Shown: positions 21,907 to 33,142, numbered from the stretch's first letter. The stretch is 64,000 nucleotides of DNA from an uncultured Candidatus Rokubacteria bacterium (GCA_963754315.1 CAVWFS010000007.1:448001-512000); one strand, 5' to 3'. The notes: a model not told the origin generated them from the sequence alone. A program made the numbers and translations.

Positions 21907-22116
21907 ATGACACACATGAACCAGCCGGCCATCGAGCGGGCGCTCGGGAAACTCGTCGTCGACGGACGATTCCGTGAGGCTTTCGTCCGGAATCCCGCGA
22001 TGGCGACCACAGCGGCGAGCATTCCGCTCACGGATGGGGAGCTGAGCGCGTCGACACGGGCCCAACCGAATGCACTCGCGGCGTTCGAGCTGCTATCTCC
22101 CCGTGAAGCGACTTAG
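21907..22116 (+). CDS. Os1348/NHLP-clan-like small protein, possibly eroded
   Basis: IERALGKLV.D..FR..F..NP...LT..EL pattern; GAGG upstream. Confidence 0.5.
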   Translation: MTHMNQPAIERALGKLVVDGRFREAFVRNPAMATTAASIPLTDGELSASTRAQPNALAAFELLSPREAT

Positions 22117-22646
22117 CCGGCACGAACGGGGGTGTGTATGAATTCCATTGGGCAAGGAACCCCGCTGGAATTGCCCTCAGCACCGACGTTCCTAACTTGA
22201 GACGTGCGTCGGAGGAGCCTCGGCAGTGGGGCGCCAACGTTTTCGGCAAGAACCAGACAGGCGTACGATCCGGGGAATGAACGTGACACGCGCTGACCGG
22301 CCGCGAACGTCTCCAGTCACCGACGACCTTCGAGGTCACCACGGACTGCGGCCAAGCCGGTCCCTCCTGCGGTTCGCTGAGGCACTCGCCGTCCGAGACG
22401 GCTAGCGAGACGGCTCTGCACGTGATACTCTTCCGCTCAGCATGCACCTCCCCCCTCTCAGGTTGGTGCTCGCTGAGCGCTAAGGCTCGGGTGAATCTGG
22501 CTTGAACGCCTGGTCGCCACCGACAGGATCCCGCTGTGGAACAGCCGCTCTCCGTCTCCCTCGTGGTGGACCACACTCGCTGACCGTAGCTTGCCGCACA
22601 ACCATCACAAACCCCAGCTGGCGGGCTACGAACTAGGAGGTTCGCA

Positions 22647-23402
22647 ATGAAGATCGTCGTTATCGGCGGCACCGGCCTGATCGGATCGAAGACCGTCCCG
22701 ATTCTCCGCCAAGGCGGACACGAGGTCGTCGCTGCCTCGCCCAATACCGGCGTCAACACCATCACCGGCGCGGGCCTCAAAGAGGCCATGGCCGGCACGC
22801 AGGTGGTGATCGACCTCGCCAACTCGCCCTCATTTGAAGACAAGGCGGTGCTGGAATTCTTCGAGACCTCCGGCCGCAACCTTCTCGCGGCGGAGGCTGC
22901 AGCCGGCGTCCGGCACCATGTCGCGGTCTCCATCGTCGGAACGGACCGGACGCCCGACAATGGCTATTTCCGTGCCAAGGTCGCCCAAGAGAAGCTGATC
23001 GAGGCCTCCGGCATTCCCTACACCATCATCCGCTCGACCCAGTTCCTGGAATTCCTCGGCGGCATCGCCGCTTCAGCTACGGATGGAAACACGGTCAGGC
23101 TTTCGCCCGGCCTGTTCCAGCCCATCGCGGCGGACGACGTTGCTGCCATCGTCGCCGATGTGGCGCTCGCGGCGCCGCGACGCGGCATCGTCGAGATCGC
23201 CGGCCCGGAACGAGCACCCTTCAACGAAATCGTCGCCCGCTACCTGAAGGCGCTCAGCGACCCGCGTACGGTCGTGAGGGACCCCGAGGCCCGATACTAC
23301 GGCGGCCGCGTCGAGGAGCGCTCGCTCGTGCCGTTGGGCGAAGCGCGCCTCGGCCGCATCGGTCTCGACGAATGGGTCCGCCGCTCTCAGGCAAGAGCCT
23401 GA
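22647..23402 (+). CDS. Atypical SDR/NmrA family oxidoreductase
   Basis: MKIVVIGGTGLIG, YFRAK..QE, IRSTQF.EF; AGGAGG RBS. Confidence 0.9.
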   Translation: MKIVVIGGTGLIGSKTVPILRQGGHEVVAASPNTGVNTITGAGLKEAMAGTQVVIDLANSPSFEDKAVLEFFETSGRNLLAAEAAAGVRHHVAVSIVGTDRTPDNGYFRAKVAQEKLIEASGIPYTIIRSTQFLEFLGGIAASATDGNTVRLSPGLFQPIAADDVAAIVADVALAAPRRGIVEIAGPERAPFNEIVARYLKALSDPRTVVRDPEARYYGGRVEERSLVPLGEARLGRIGLDEWVRRSQARA

Positions 23403-23526
23403 TGCTGCTGACGGCGCTGACACAATCGGTGCGGTGACCGGCAGATGCCCGAGAAGTAGCGTGAGCGTTATTAATGCACCGCGAGCGGGTCTGCGAGTGG
23501 GCGAATACGAAGCGAAAGGGGCAACC

Positions 23527-23928
23527 ATGACGACCAAACCCGTTGCGTTGGTTCTGCTAACGGCACTCCTGATGGTCGCAGCCGTCCCGACCGAAGCCGC
23601 AGACGTGAAGGAACTCTTCGCGCTCGACCTTGCGGACTATCCGGGCAAGGAGGGTCGCATGATTGAGGTGTCGTATCCGCCGGGCGCACGAGACATGGTC
23701 CATCGGCACAACGCCCATGCGTTCGTCTACGTGCTCGAAGGCCAGATCGTCATGCAGTTGAAGGGCCAACCTGCCGTCACGCTCAAGGCAGGGCAGACGT
23801 TCTACGAGGGTCCTACCGATGTTCACGTCGTGGGGCGCAACGCCAGCAACACGGAGCCGGCCAGGTTCGTCGTGGTGCTGCTGAAGGCCAAAGGGGCTCC
23901 GATCCTCACGCCGGTGAAGGAAGACTAG
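23527..23928 (+). CDS. Secreted cupin domain protein (paralogue of 10525-10911)
   Basis: HRHNAHAFVYVLEG...TFYEGP.DVH. Confidence 0.9.
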   Translation: MTTKPVALVLLTALLMVAAVPTEAADVKELFALDLADYPGKEGRMIEVSYPPGARDMVHRHNAHAFVYVLEGQIVMQLKGQPAVTLKAGQTFYEGPTDVHVVGRNASNTEPARFVVVLLKAKGAPILTPVKED

Positions 23929-24389
23929 CACAAACCCGAAGCGCTGATGCGGAGGCCCTTCAGTGCGCATCGGTACTCTGCATCAGCAGCCAGATAGGAG
24001 CATAGGCCGAACAAAGAGACAGTTGCCGGAACGCCCGTTCTCAGCCCTCACCCCGGTCCCCGTCCACCGCCGCTCCTCCCCCCCGGGTACAGAGCGGACA
24101 ACCGGCGTGTCGCGCGATTTTCTGCCAGAACAGGACAGGAACCCGGTCTTCAACAAGGTCTACCAGTTCCAGCGTCGCTGGGCGGCCGACGTGGTGACCT
24201 CGCGGCGCACCGTGACACCCGTCGTACGAGATGGCCGCCGACTACTGCTGGCCTCAGAACTAGTCAGTGAGTCGGTAGGTCATCTAGGGATGATGGCCTC
24301 GGAGCCGATCGCGGCGCTCCCGCATGGCCGCTTCCCCGTCGCAGGACGGTGCAGCCAGGATCGGTGTTTCTTGGCCGGGACCCCGGCGT

Positions 24390-24743
24390 CTACTTGGGAC
24401 GCGCGTGCGAGGATCCGGTGGCGCCCTTCCTCCGCGCCACCGCGCTGACCGGGCGGGAGCGCTCGGGAGCCCCGAACTGCTCGTCACAGAAGGCGCAGAT
24501 CTCGCGCTCGATGAGCGAGCGGAGCGGCGTGAGCAAGAGGCCGAGCTCGACCTGAACTTCGAGGGCGCCCTTCGTCACCGCGACGTGTCCCGTCGCGCCG
24601 GTTCGCCGGAAGCGCAGCGTGTCACCGTCCCACGCGTGGGTTCCGCCGAACTCCCGCTGCAGGCGCTTCGCCATCGTCTCCGCCAGCCTCTTGGCCTCGG
24701 CCAGCGACAAGCGGTGGCTCCGTCGAACGACGATTGGGTTCAT
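24390..24743 (-). CDS. Polyhydroxyalkanoic acid system (PHA granule region) family protein
   Basis: I...H.L...A...W.GD.L.F.R.G..G...LG.LL pattern. Confidence 0.8.
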   Translation of the reverse strand: MNPIVVRRSHRLSLAEAKRLAETMAKRLQREFGGTHAWDGDTLRFRRTGATGHVAVTKGALEVQVELGLLLTPLRSLIEREICAFCDEQFGAPERSRPVSAVARRKGATGSSHARPK

Positions 24744-24908
24744 GGCGCCGCCCCACTCCCGCGGGCTGGCCTGGCCTCGTCCGCTCCGAGCCCGCGCCGA
24801 TGCACGATGCTAGCCTGACTGTATGGCGTCTTCGTGTCAGCAGCATGAAGCGCCGGTGACGGGCTGAATGCGGTGACGGCCAGGCGACTTGGCCTGTCGG
24901 GCTGCCGC

Positions 24909-26735
24909 TCAGCCGGCGTGCCCGGCGGCGGAGAGCCGCCGGTCGAGATCGAAGGCGGCGCTGATCAGCGCGAGGTGCGTGAAGGCTTGCGGGAAGTTGC
25001 CGAGGTGCTGTGCCTGCGGTCCCAGCTCCTCGCCGTAGAGTCCCAGGTGGTTGGCGTAGCCCAGCATCTTCTCGAAGAAGAATCGCGCCTTGTGCAGATC
25101 GCCCATGCGAGACAGGCACTCCACGTACCAGAAGGAGCACATGGAGAACGTGCCCTCCTGGCCGGTGAGCCCGTCGGAGAAGCGGTCGCTGAGGCGATAG
25201 CGATAGACGAGCGAGTCGCTCACCAGGTCCTGCTCGATAGCGCCGAGTGTGGAGAGCCAGCGAGGGTCGGTGGGGGAGACGAAGCGGATGAGCGGCAGCA
25301 GGAGGGAGGCGGCGTCGAGCGCGTTGGAGCCAGCCGCCTGGACGAAGACGCGTCGCGCTGGGTCCCAGAACCGCTCATAGATGTCGTGATAGATCGTGTC
25401 CCGCACGTTGTACCACCGTGCCAGCGGCGCCGGGAACGAGCGCTTTCCCGCGAGGCGGATAGCCCGGTCGATCGCCACCCAGCACATCACCCGCGAGTAG
25501 AGAAACTCCTGTCGCCCGCCGCGCACTTCCCAGATGCCCTCGTCCTTCTCGCGCCAGTGCTCACAGACCCAATCGATCAGACGTACGATATTCCTCCAGC
25601 CATCGTGGGGGATAGGGGATCCGTACTTGTCGTACAGGTACACCGAGTCCATCAGCTCGCCGTAGATGTCTAGCTGCAGATGGGTATACGCGGCGTTGCC
25701 CACACGGACCGGACGCGAGCCCATGTACCCCTCGAGGTGCGGCAGCGTTTCCTCGGGAAGAGCGTGGCGACCGTCGATGCCGTACATGATCTGGAGCGAA
25801 CCGTCCGGCTCCAGCTCATCGACGCGTGCCATGATCCACTTCATGAACGCGGCCGCCTCGCCGGTGTAGCCGAGCCGCATGAGGCCGTAGAGGGTGAAGG
25901 AAGAGTCGCGGATCCACGTGTAGCGATAGTCCCAGTTCCGGCCGCCGCCGATGTTCTCGGGCAGTCCGAACGTGGGCGCCGCAACGATCGAGCCGTGTGG
26001 CCGCGAAGTGAGGAGCTTGAGTGTCAGCGCCGAGCGGTTCACCGTCTCGCGCCAGCGGCCCTTGTAGCTGGAGCGATCGATCCAATGGCGCCAGAAGTTC
26101 ACGGTGCGCTTGAATGCCTCGCTCTCATAGTCCGGCTGGCGAGCCGGGGATGGTTCGTTCGGCATTGCCACCTCGAGCACGAACCAGGCTGACTCGTCCG
26201 CGCCAAGCGTGAACTCGGCCACGGCGGCGCCGTCCGCCAGCTGCATCGCGACCGACGAGCATAGCCGCAGGGCCAGCTCGCCCGCGCCGGCGCGGCCGAC
26301 GAAGACGACCTCCCGGTCACTGCGCCGCTCCACAGAGTGCGTTGCGCGGGCATAGTCGAAACGCGGGTCGCAGCGCATGCTGAAGCGTATCTCGCCGCGC
26401 ACGGTCTTCACCCGACGCACGAGGTTGTGCGCCTGTCCGGCGTCCTCCACCGGCATGAAGTCGGAGAGCTCGGCCACGCCGTCGTTGGACAGGAAGCGGG
26501 TGAGGAGGACGTTGGTGTCGGGGAGGTAGAGCTGCTTGCGCGCCGCCTCGCCGAGCTGCGGCGCGATCTGGAAGCGACCGCCGCGCTCCGCGTCGACGAG
26601 GGCCGCGAACACCGACGCCGAGTCGAAGGAGGGGAGGCAGAGGAAGTCGATCGAGCCGTCCTTGCCCACCAGCGCCAACGTGTGGAGGTCGCCGATGATG
26701 CCGTAGTCCTCGATGGGCGCGTAACGACTCGCCAT
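24909..26735 (-). CDS. Glycoside hydrolase family 15 (trehalase/glucoamylase-like)
   Basis: IEDYG.IGD, RNWDYRYTWIRD, QLDIYGE, GIWEVRG, GNFPQAFTH. Confidence 0.95.
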   Translation of the reverse strand: MASRYAPIEDYGIIGDLHTLALVGKDGSIDFLCLPSFDSASVFAALVDAERGGRFQIAPQLGEAARKQLYLPDTNVLLTRFLSNDGVAELSDFMPVEDAGQAHNLVRRVKTVRGEIRFSMRCDPRFDYARATHSVERRSDREVVFVGRAGAGELALRLCSSVAMQLADGAAVAEFTLGADESAWFVLEVAMPNEPSPARQPDYESEAFKRTVNFWRHWIDRSSYKGRWRETVNRSALTLKLLTSRPHGSIVAAPTFGLPENIGGGRNWDYRYTWIRDSSFTLYGLMRLGYTGEAAAFMKWIMARVDELEPDGSLQIMYGIDGRHALPEETLPHLEGYMGSRPVRVGNAAYTHLQLDIYGELMDSVYLYDKYGSPIPHDGWRNIVRLIDWVCEHWREKDEGIWEVRGGRQEFLYSRVMCWVAIDRAIRLAGKRSFPAPLARWYNVRDTIYHDIYERFWDPARRVFVQAAGSNALDAASLLLPLIRFVSPTDPRWLSTLGAIEQDLVSDSLVYRYRLSDRFSDGLTGQEGTFSMCSFWYVECLSRMGDLHKARFFFEKMLGYANHLGLYGEELGPQAQHLGNFPQAFTHLALISAAFDLDRRLSAAGHAG

Positions 26736-26896
26736 GGCCGCGACTTTATCACGCGACACACGCGAAGGCCGAGCGCTGATCTGGGGGCGGTGCGAGCTCG
26801 AGTTTGTGCGCGGAGAGTTCGTGGGCGGGGCCGACTAGGGGCCGGGCCGCGGTGCCGATGTTGGCGGCGCCGCCAGCATCCGGGCGCCGTTCCGCC

Positions 26897-27514
26897 TCAA
26901 TCGACGTAGAGCTGACCGGCGATCATGTGTGCGCCGTCGGGCCCACGCCTGAGGACGACGAACGCGCCCATCGGCACGTTGAGCCCGGTCAGATCGGCGA
27001 CGACGCTACCATGCGTGACCAGCACAAGGGGCGGGCCATCGCGGTGGACGGCGATCGCGTTCCTGATCTCGGCGACCTGGCGCCGGCGGAGCTCCTCGTC
27101 TCTCAGCGCGCCTTGCAGAGGATGCCAGGGCTGCGCTTGCCCAAAGGCCAGCCGGCCTGTGTCCAGACAGCGACAGCGTGGGCTCGACAGGACCGCGCCG
27201 ACGACGATGCCCTTCTCCCGGAACGCCTCGCCGATCCGCCTCGCTTGCGCCCGGCCCCGCTCATCTAGGTTCCGCTGGGTCGAGCAGTCATCGAGCCTGG
27301 CGTCGGGCGGATCGAAGGAGCCGGGCGCGTAGCTGTGGCGCAGTACCACGACACTCCCCGGGGTGCGCAAGGCCTCCCAGACCGGCTCGGCGGCCTGCGC
27401 GGCGGCGGCCGACGCCCAACACAAGACCAGCGTCAGCCCTCGGAGGACTAGCCAGGGTGCGAGCCCTGTCCATCGCCACGGACTTCCCTTCCCAGAGCAC
27501 ACGTGTCTAGTCAA
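26897..27514 (-). CDS. Exported histidine phosphatase family protein (start uncertain)
   Basis: LRH, CSTQRNL..G..QA, SSP.CRC..T, LVTH; signal-peptide-like N-terminus. Confidence 0.85.
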   Translation of the reverse strand: MTRHVCSGKGSPWRWTGLAPWLVLRGLTLVLCWASAAAAQAAEPVWEALRTPGSVVVLRHSYAPGSFDPPDARLDDCSTQRNLDERGRAQARRIGEAFREKGIVVGAVLSSPRCRCLDTGRLAFGQAQPWHPLQGALRDEELRRRQVAEIRNAIAVHRDGPPLVLVTHGSVVADLTGLNVPMGAFVVLRRGPDGAHMIAGQLYVD

Positions 27515-27778
27515 TCTGGATCTACGTAGAATTCTAGATTTCGTTAGATGTTCAATTCAAGTACGCCATGGGCCCGGTAGCGCGCGGGGGGCCGAGCAGG
27601 GGCCCATCCGAAGTTGTCCCGGTAAAAAGGCAATACGAGTTGGCAAGGCGTTCGTTCGGTTCCGAGAACGTTCGCGCTGGAAACTGACTCGGGCGCCGAC
27701 ATGGGCGCGCAGGTCGTCATGGCGCGCGCCCGCCTCGTGGCCGAGACCGAGCGGCGCAAAGCCGATGCCCTCGATCGC

Positions 27779-27880
27779 GTAACGGAAGCTTCACTTGGGT
27801 CACGGCCTCGAGTGTAGTATCTAGGATCCCCCGGAAGCGTAAGTGTTCCCGCCCTTAACCCGGTGTCAACCTGAAGTCAT
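27779..27880 (+). promoter_or_regulatory. Pho-box-like 11-bp-spaced half sites upstream of the AEP transporter
   Basis: GTAAC(27779)/TTCAC(27790) and GTCAA(27865)/GTCAT(27876). Confidence 0.45.
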
Positions 27881-27911
27881 CGTGCGACAAGAGACAAAGA
27901 GGAGGCTCATC

Positions 27912-28931
27912 ATGATCAGGATACCCGGATGGATCCTCGTAGCCGCCTGTACGGTCGGTCTAGCGTCCTCGGCCGCGGCCCAGGAGTTGACCGTGTACAC
28001 CGCGCTGGAAGCAGACCAGTTGAAAGCCTACAAGACCGCTTTTGAAAAGGCCGCCCCGGGCGTCACCCTCCGCTGGGTACGAGATTCGACCGGGATCGTG
28101 ACTGCGAAGCTGTTGGCCGAGAAGAGCAATCCGCAGGCGGACGCGGTCATGGGGCTCGCCGCCACCTCGCTGCTGTTGCTCGAGAAAGAGGGCATGCTTG
28201 CCCGCTACGCTCCTCCTGGTCTCGACAAGATCAAGCCGACGATGCGCGACCCAAAGAACCCGCCGGCCTGGATCGGCATGGACGTCTGGGCCTCGGCCAT
28301 CTGCTTCAACACGGTCGAGGGACAGAAGAGGAAGCTGCCGGCGCCGACCTCGTGGGAGGACCTGACCACCCCGGTGTACAAAGGCCAGATCTCGATGCCC
28401 AACCCCGCCTCCTCGGGCACCGGTTACCTCATGGTATCGGCCTGGATCCAGCTGATGGGCGAGCAAAAGGCCTGGGCCTACATGGATGCGTTGCATCAGA
28501 ACGTCGCCACCTACACGCATTCGGGATCCAAGCCGTGCCGCCAAGCCGGCGCCGGCGAGTACGCGGTGGGCCTTTCCTTCGAGTACCGGGCGGAGCAGAC
28601 CAAAAAGGCGGGGGCGCCCATTGACCCCATCCTTCCCAAGGAAGGGCTCGGATGGGACATGGAAGCCATCGCCATCATGCAAGGCACGAAGAAGCTCGAG
28701 GCCGCCCGGAAGCTGGTCGATTGGTCCGTCACCCGCGAGGCCAACGAGCTGTACGCAATGAACTTCGCCATTGTCGCAATGCCGGGAGTGCAGTCGAAGC
28801 TGCAGTTCATCAAGGGTGAGGTGGAGCCGCTGCTGATCAAGAACGACTTCGCGTGGGCGGCGGCGAATCGCGACCGCATCCTGGCCGAGTGGTCGAAGCG
28901 CTACGAGGGGAAGTCAGAGCCGAAGAGCTGA
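27912..28931 (+). CDS. Putative 2-aminoethylphosphonate ABC transporter substrate-binding protein (PhnS2-type)
   Basis: LTVYTALE, WVRDSTG.VTAKLLAEK.NP, PNPASSGTG, YTHSGSKPC, WAA.NR.RIL.EW. Confidence 0.9.
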   Translation: MIRIPGWILVAACTVGLASSAAAQELTVYTALEADQLKAYKTAFEKAAPGVTLRWVRDSTGIVTAKLLAEKSNPQADAVMGLAATSLLLLEKEGMLARYAPPGLDKIKPTMRDPKNPPAWIGMDVWASAICFNTVEGQKRKLPAPTSWEDLTTPVYKGQISMPNPASSGTGYLMVSAWIQLMGEQKAWAYMDALHQNVATYTHSGSKPCRQAGAGEYAVGLSFEYRAEQTKKAGAPIDPILPKEGLGWDMEAIAIMQGTKKLEAARKLVDWSVTREANELYAMNFAIVAMPGVQSKLQFIKGEVEPLLIKNDFAWAAANRDRILAEWSKRYEGKSEPKS

Positions 28932-28947
28932 GCAACCGGAGGGCAGT

Positions 28948-30048
28948 ATGCCAGGTGAGGCCGGGCGTGAGCCATATCTGACGATCCGGAAGGTCACCAA
29001 GCGTTTCGGAGCGTTCACCGCCCTGTCGGATGTCGACCTCGATGTCTACGAGGGCGAGCTCGTGTCGTTCCTCGGTCCTTCGGGGTGCGGAAAGACGACC
29101 TTGCTGCGGTGCATCTCCGGCCTCGACGTGCAGAGCGAGGGGACGATCGTGCAGGCGGGGCGTGACATCTCGGCACTGCCGGTGAGCGCGCGCGATTTCG
29201 GCATCGTCTTTCAGTCCTATGCCCTCTTCCCGAATTTGACGATCCGCGACAATGTGGCCTATGGGCTGGTGTCGGCGGGCCGGAGCCGGACCGAGACCGA
29301 CGCGCGGGTACGGGAGCTGCTCGAGCTGGTCGGCCTGCCAGAACAGGCGGCCAAGTTCCCGGCTCAACTCTCGGGAGGCCAGCAACAGCGGATCGCCCTC
29401 GCGCGGGCGCTGGCCCTCTCGCCCGGCCTTCTGCTGCTCGATGAGCCGCTCTCCGCCCTGGACGCGCGCGTCCGGGCCCGTCTCCGCGGCGAGATCCGCG
29501 ACCTGCAGCGGCGGCTGGGAATCACGACCATCATGGTCACCCACGATCAGGAGGAAGCTCTCACCATGTCCGACCGCATCGTCGTGATGAGCCGCGGCCG
29601 GATCGAGCAGGTCGGGATACCGGACGAGGTTTACGACCGGCCCGCCTCGCCTTTCGTGGCCGATTTTGTGGGGCGGATGAACTTCCTGAGTGGCAGTCTG
29701 CTGTCGTCGACGACAGCCGAGGTCCAAGGCGTACACCTGGCCTTCGGTGTCCCAGCCGAGTTTGGCCCGGGCACGCCAGTGACGGTCTGCCTCCGGCCCG
29801 AGGACGTGGTCGTTCAGAACGCGGGCAACGGGCAACCTAACGTGCTCGAAGTCAGCGTCGGTGTGCTGGAATTCGTCGGGAACCACTTCGCGACGACCCT
29901 GCACGCCAATGGGACGAACCTGAACGTGTCGGCCGACCTCACGACCAAGGACGTGCGGGCTTTCGGCATCGCGGCCGGCGCCACGATCCGGGTGCTGTTG
30001 CCGCCCGAGCGGCTGCGCGTGTTCCCGACACCGCCCTCGCGCGAATGA
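28948..30048 (+). CDS. Putative 2-AEP ABC transporter ATP-binding protein (PhnT2-type)
   Basis: [22 protein letters not shown]; operon context. Confidence 0.9.
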   Translation: MPGEAGREPYLTIRKVTKRFGAFTALSDVDLDVYEGELVSFLGPSGCGKTTLLRCISGLDVQSEGTIVQAGRDISALPVSARDFGIVFQSYALFPNLTIRDNVAYGLVSAGRSRTETDARVRELLELVGLPEQAAKFPAQLSGGQQQRIALARALALSPGLLLLDEPLSALDARVRARLRGEIRDLQRRLGITTIMVTHDQEEALTMSDRIVVMSRGRIEQVGIPDEVYDRPASPFVADFVGRMNFLSGSLLSSTTAEVQGVHLAFGVPAEFGPGTPVTVCLRPEDVVVQNAGNGQPNVLEVSVGVLEFVGNHFATTLHANGTNLNVSADLTTKDVRAFGIAAGATIRVLLPPERLRVFPTPPSRE

Positions 30049-31806
30049 ACCCCGGCCATCACAGCGTCATCGTCGCCGGTGACGAGGCGAGATCCGTCAC
30101 GGTCGCCACCGCTGACGTTGCCCGCCTGCGCGTCGCCGTGCGCCAGCGCCTCAGCCGCGACGATCTCGTCATGCGGATCGGTATCATCGTCCTCGGGGCA
30201 TGGCTGGTGGTCACCATTCTCTTGCCCCTGTGGGCATTGCTGGCCCAGAGCGTCGAGGGCGCGAACGGCCAGTTCGTGGGCCTTCAGAACTTCCTTCGCT
30301 ACTTCGCCAATCCCACCCTCACCGCCTCGATTCGGCACAGCCTGTGGATCGCCCTGCTCAGTACGGCGATCTGCGTGACCCTTGCTTTCGTGTATGCGTA
30401 CGGGCTTGCGCGGACATGCATGCCGGGGCGGGGTGTGTTCAAGGTCCTCGCCCAGATCCCCATCCTGGCCCCCTCCCTCTTGCCCGCCATCAGCCTGGTC
30501 TACCTGTTCGGCAACCAAGGCGTCGCCAAGGGCATCCTGCTGGGCGCCTCGATCTACGGCCCCATCGGGATCGTGATCGGGGAAGTCTTCTGGACCTTCC
30601 CGCACGCGCTCATCATCGTCTCCACCGCTCTGTCCGTGGCGGACGCGCGCCTCTACGAGGCGGCCGACTCGCTCAAGGCTCGACCCTGGCGCGTCTTCTG
30701 GACGGTGACCCTGCCCGGCGCTCGCTACGGTCTCATCAGCGCGACCTTCGTGGTCTTCACTCTGGTCATCACAGACTTCGGCGTCCCCAAAGTCGTGGGC
30801 GGCCACTACAACGTGCTGGCCACCGACATCTACAAGCAGGTGGTCGGGCAGCAGAACTTCCAGATGGGGGCGGTCGTAGGACTCCTCCTGCTCCTGCCGG
30901 CGGTGCTGGCTTTCGTCGTCGACCGCATCGTGCAGCGCCGTCAAGCCGCCCTCCTGTCTTCGCGGGCGGTCCCGTACCATCCACGCCCGGCGGCGGGGGT
31001 CGATCGCGGATTCTTCATCCTGTGTCTGCTGATCGCACTGGGCATCGTGGTGATCATGGCTGTCTCGTTCTTCGCGTCTCTGGCGACGTTCTGGCCGTAC
31101 AACCTGGTGCCCACGCTCAAGAACTACAACTTCGACATCGTCGACGGCGGTGGCTGGGAGAGCTTCCTCAATTCACTGACCATGGCTGGTCTCACCGCGG
31201 TGGTGGGTGCGGCCCTGATCTTTGCGGGCGCCTACCTCGTCGAGAAGACCCCGCGCTTCCGGGTCGCGCGCAGCGCCGTGCAATTCTTGGCCCTGCTGCC
31301 GCTGGCCGTACCGGGCCTCGTCCTCGGCCTTGGCTATATCTTCTTCTTCAACGCGCCCGGCAACCCCCTCGGATGTCATCTACGGGACGATGGCGATCCT
31401 GGTCATCTGCACCATCGCTCACTTCTACTCGGTCGCCCACCTCACGGCGGTCACCGCCCTCAAGCAGATCGACCCCGAATTCGAGACGGTATCCGCCTCT
31501 CTCCGAGTGCCCTTCTACCGGACGTTCTTCCGGATCACCCTGCCCATTTGCCTCCCGGCTGTTCTCGACATCATGATGTACCTGTTCGTCAACGCGATGA
31601 CCACCGTGTCCGCGGTGGTGTTCCTCTACTCGCCCCAGACCACGCTGGCCGCCCTCGCCGTGTTGAACATGGATGACGCGGGCGACATCGCCCCCGCCGC
31701 CGCGATGGGCATGATGATCTTCTTCACATCGGCGGCCGTCCGCGTGCTGTACTCGTTGGTCACGCGCGCCTACTTCACTCGCTCCCAGGCTTGGCGCCGT
31801 CGCTGA
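30045..31806 (+). CDS. Putative 2-AEP ABC transporter double-domain permease (PhnU2-type); 1-nt frameshift near 31371
   Basis: [17 protein letters not shown]; the second frame continues IYGT...[13 protein letters not shown]...MDDAG. Confidence 0.9.
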
Positions 31807-31979
31807 TCCGCTGTCTTTGGGAGAGGGGACCCGGCTTCCGACAACAGGACGTTCCGTTAGCAGGCCCTTTATCCTGCCTATGCTCCTCGTCTGGATCCTT
31901 TTATGATCGCCGATACTGAACCGTCCGATGGGCGCGCGGAACTCACCGGGCGGTCCAGTCTGCGGTGAGGCCCAGGTCC

Positions 31980-32290
31980 CTACGCCGGCAACGCTCCGGG
32001 CTGGCCGCTCTCCACGACGAAGGACGCCCGGGTCGATACTGGCGACGACTGCGCCAGAACCGTGTCGACCACCCGATAGTCGGTCCGCCAGCGACTGGTG
32101 TCCACCTCGCAGCGCACGTAGCCACGAAAGGCACCATCGAAGAACTTGACGTGGGCGTTGGAGGGGTGGGCCAGCGCGGCCTGGATGGCGGCGATGAACT
32201 GGGGCGGGAAGTCCGAGCTGATGGAGGTGCCCACAAACTCGGTGGCCACCACCGGCGAGGTCGGATCGGCGAAGTCGGTCTTCAGCGACC
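31980..32290 (-). pseudogene. phoD: C-terminal remnant of alkaline phosphatase D
   Basis: LK.DF.DP.S..VATEFVGTSISS...HVKFF...RGY...W..DYR...FVVE.G.PG; the rest of the gene is absent. Confidence 0.75.
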
Positions 32291-33142
32291 GGTGATGGCG
32301 CTGGACCTCGGCGGGTCCGTTCGGCAGAGGGACAGAGCTCGATGGCATTGGACTGTCGGGACAGTGCCACCATCGATCACGTACTCGCTCCCATGGATTG
32401 CTGCCGCCCGGTCGGACACCAGAAAGGCGACCAGCTCGGCGACCTCGTCCGGGCGGCCGGGACGGCCGATCGGAATGCCGCCGAGCGAGTCCATGAGGCC
32501 TTGCCGGGCGGTGACCGCGTCTACGCCACGTTCCGCGGCGATGCGTACGATCAGACGGTGCGCGGCCTCCGTCTCGATGAACCCCGGGGCCACCGAGTTC
32601 ACGCGGACGCCCTTCGGACCGACTTCCTTCGCCAGCCCCTTACTGTATGTCGTCAACGCTGCCTTGGCGGCGGCATACGCGAGAGTCGCCTCGAACAGGG
32701 GGAGGCGGCGTTGGATGGATGAGATATGGACGATGACGCCCGCGCCCCGGCTCAACATCGCGGGCAGGAACGCCCGATCGAGACGAACAGCGGCCAGTAG
32801 ATTCGTGTCAAGCTCTCGCTGCCACTCCTCGTCCGTCAGCGCGGCGAAGCCGCCGCTCGGAGCGGACGAGCCGCCGACGTTGTTGACGATGATGTCAAGA
32901 CCGTCGAACGCCTCGATCACCGAGCGGACGACGTCCCTGACCCCGTCGGGCGTGCTGAGGTCGGCTTGGATGAACAGGGCGGGAGCCTGCCCGTCAGGCA
33001 ACTTAGAGCGGGCGGTCGTCGCGACCCGTGCGCCGCCGGCCGCGAGGCGCCGTGCGATGGCCTCGCCCATGCCCTGCGTCCCACCTGTCACGAGGACCCG
33101 CTTGCCGGTGAACTCAGTTGGATCGAGCGAGAAGTGTGACAT
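32282..33142 (-). CDS. Short-chain dehydrogenase/reductase
   Basis: [20 protein letters not shown]; reads about 20 codons past the usual end into the phoD junction. Confidence 0.9.
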   Translation of the reverse strand: MSHFSLDPTEFTGKRVLVTGGTQGMGEAIARRLAAGGARVATTARSKLPDGQAPALFIQADLSTPDGVRDVVRSVIEAFDGLDIIVNNVGGSSAPSGGFAALTDEEWQRELDTNLLAAVRLDRAFLPAMLSRGAGVIVHISSIQRRLPLFEATLAYAAAKAALTTYSKGLAKEVGPKGVRVNSVAPGFIETEAAHRLIVRIAAERGVDAVTARQGLMDSLGGIPIGRPGRPDEVAELVAFLVSDRAAAIHGSEYVIDGGTVPTVQCHRALSLCRTDPPRSSAITGR

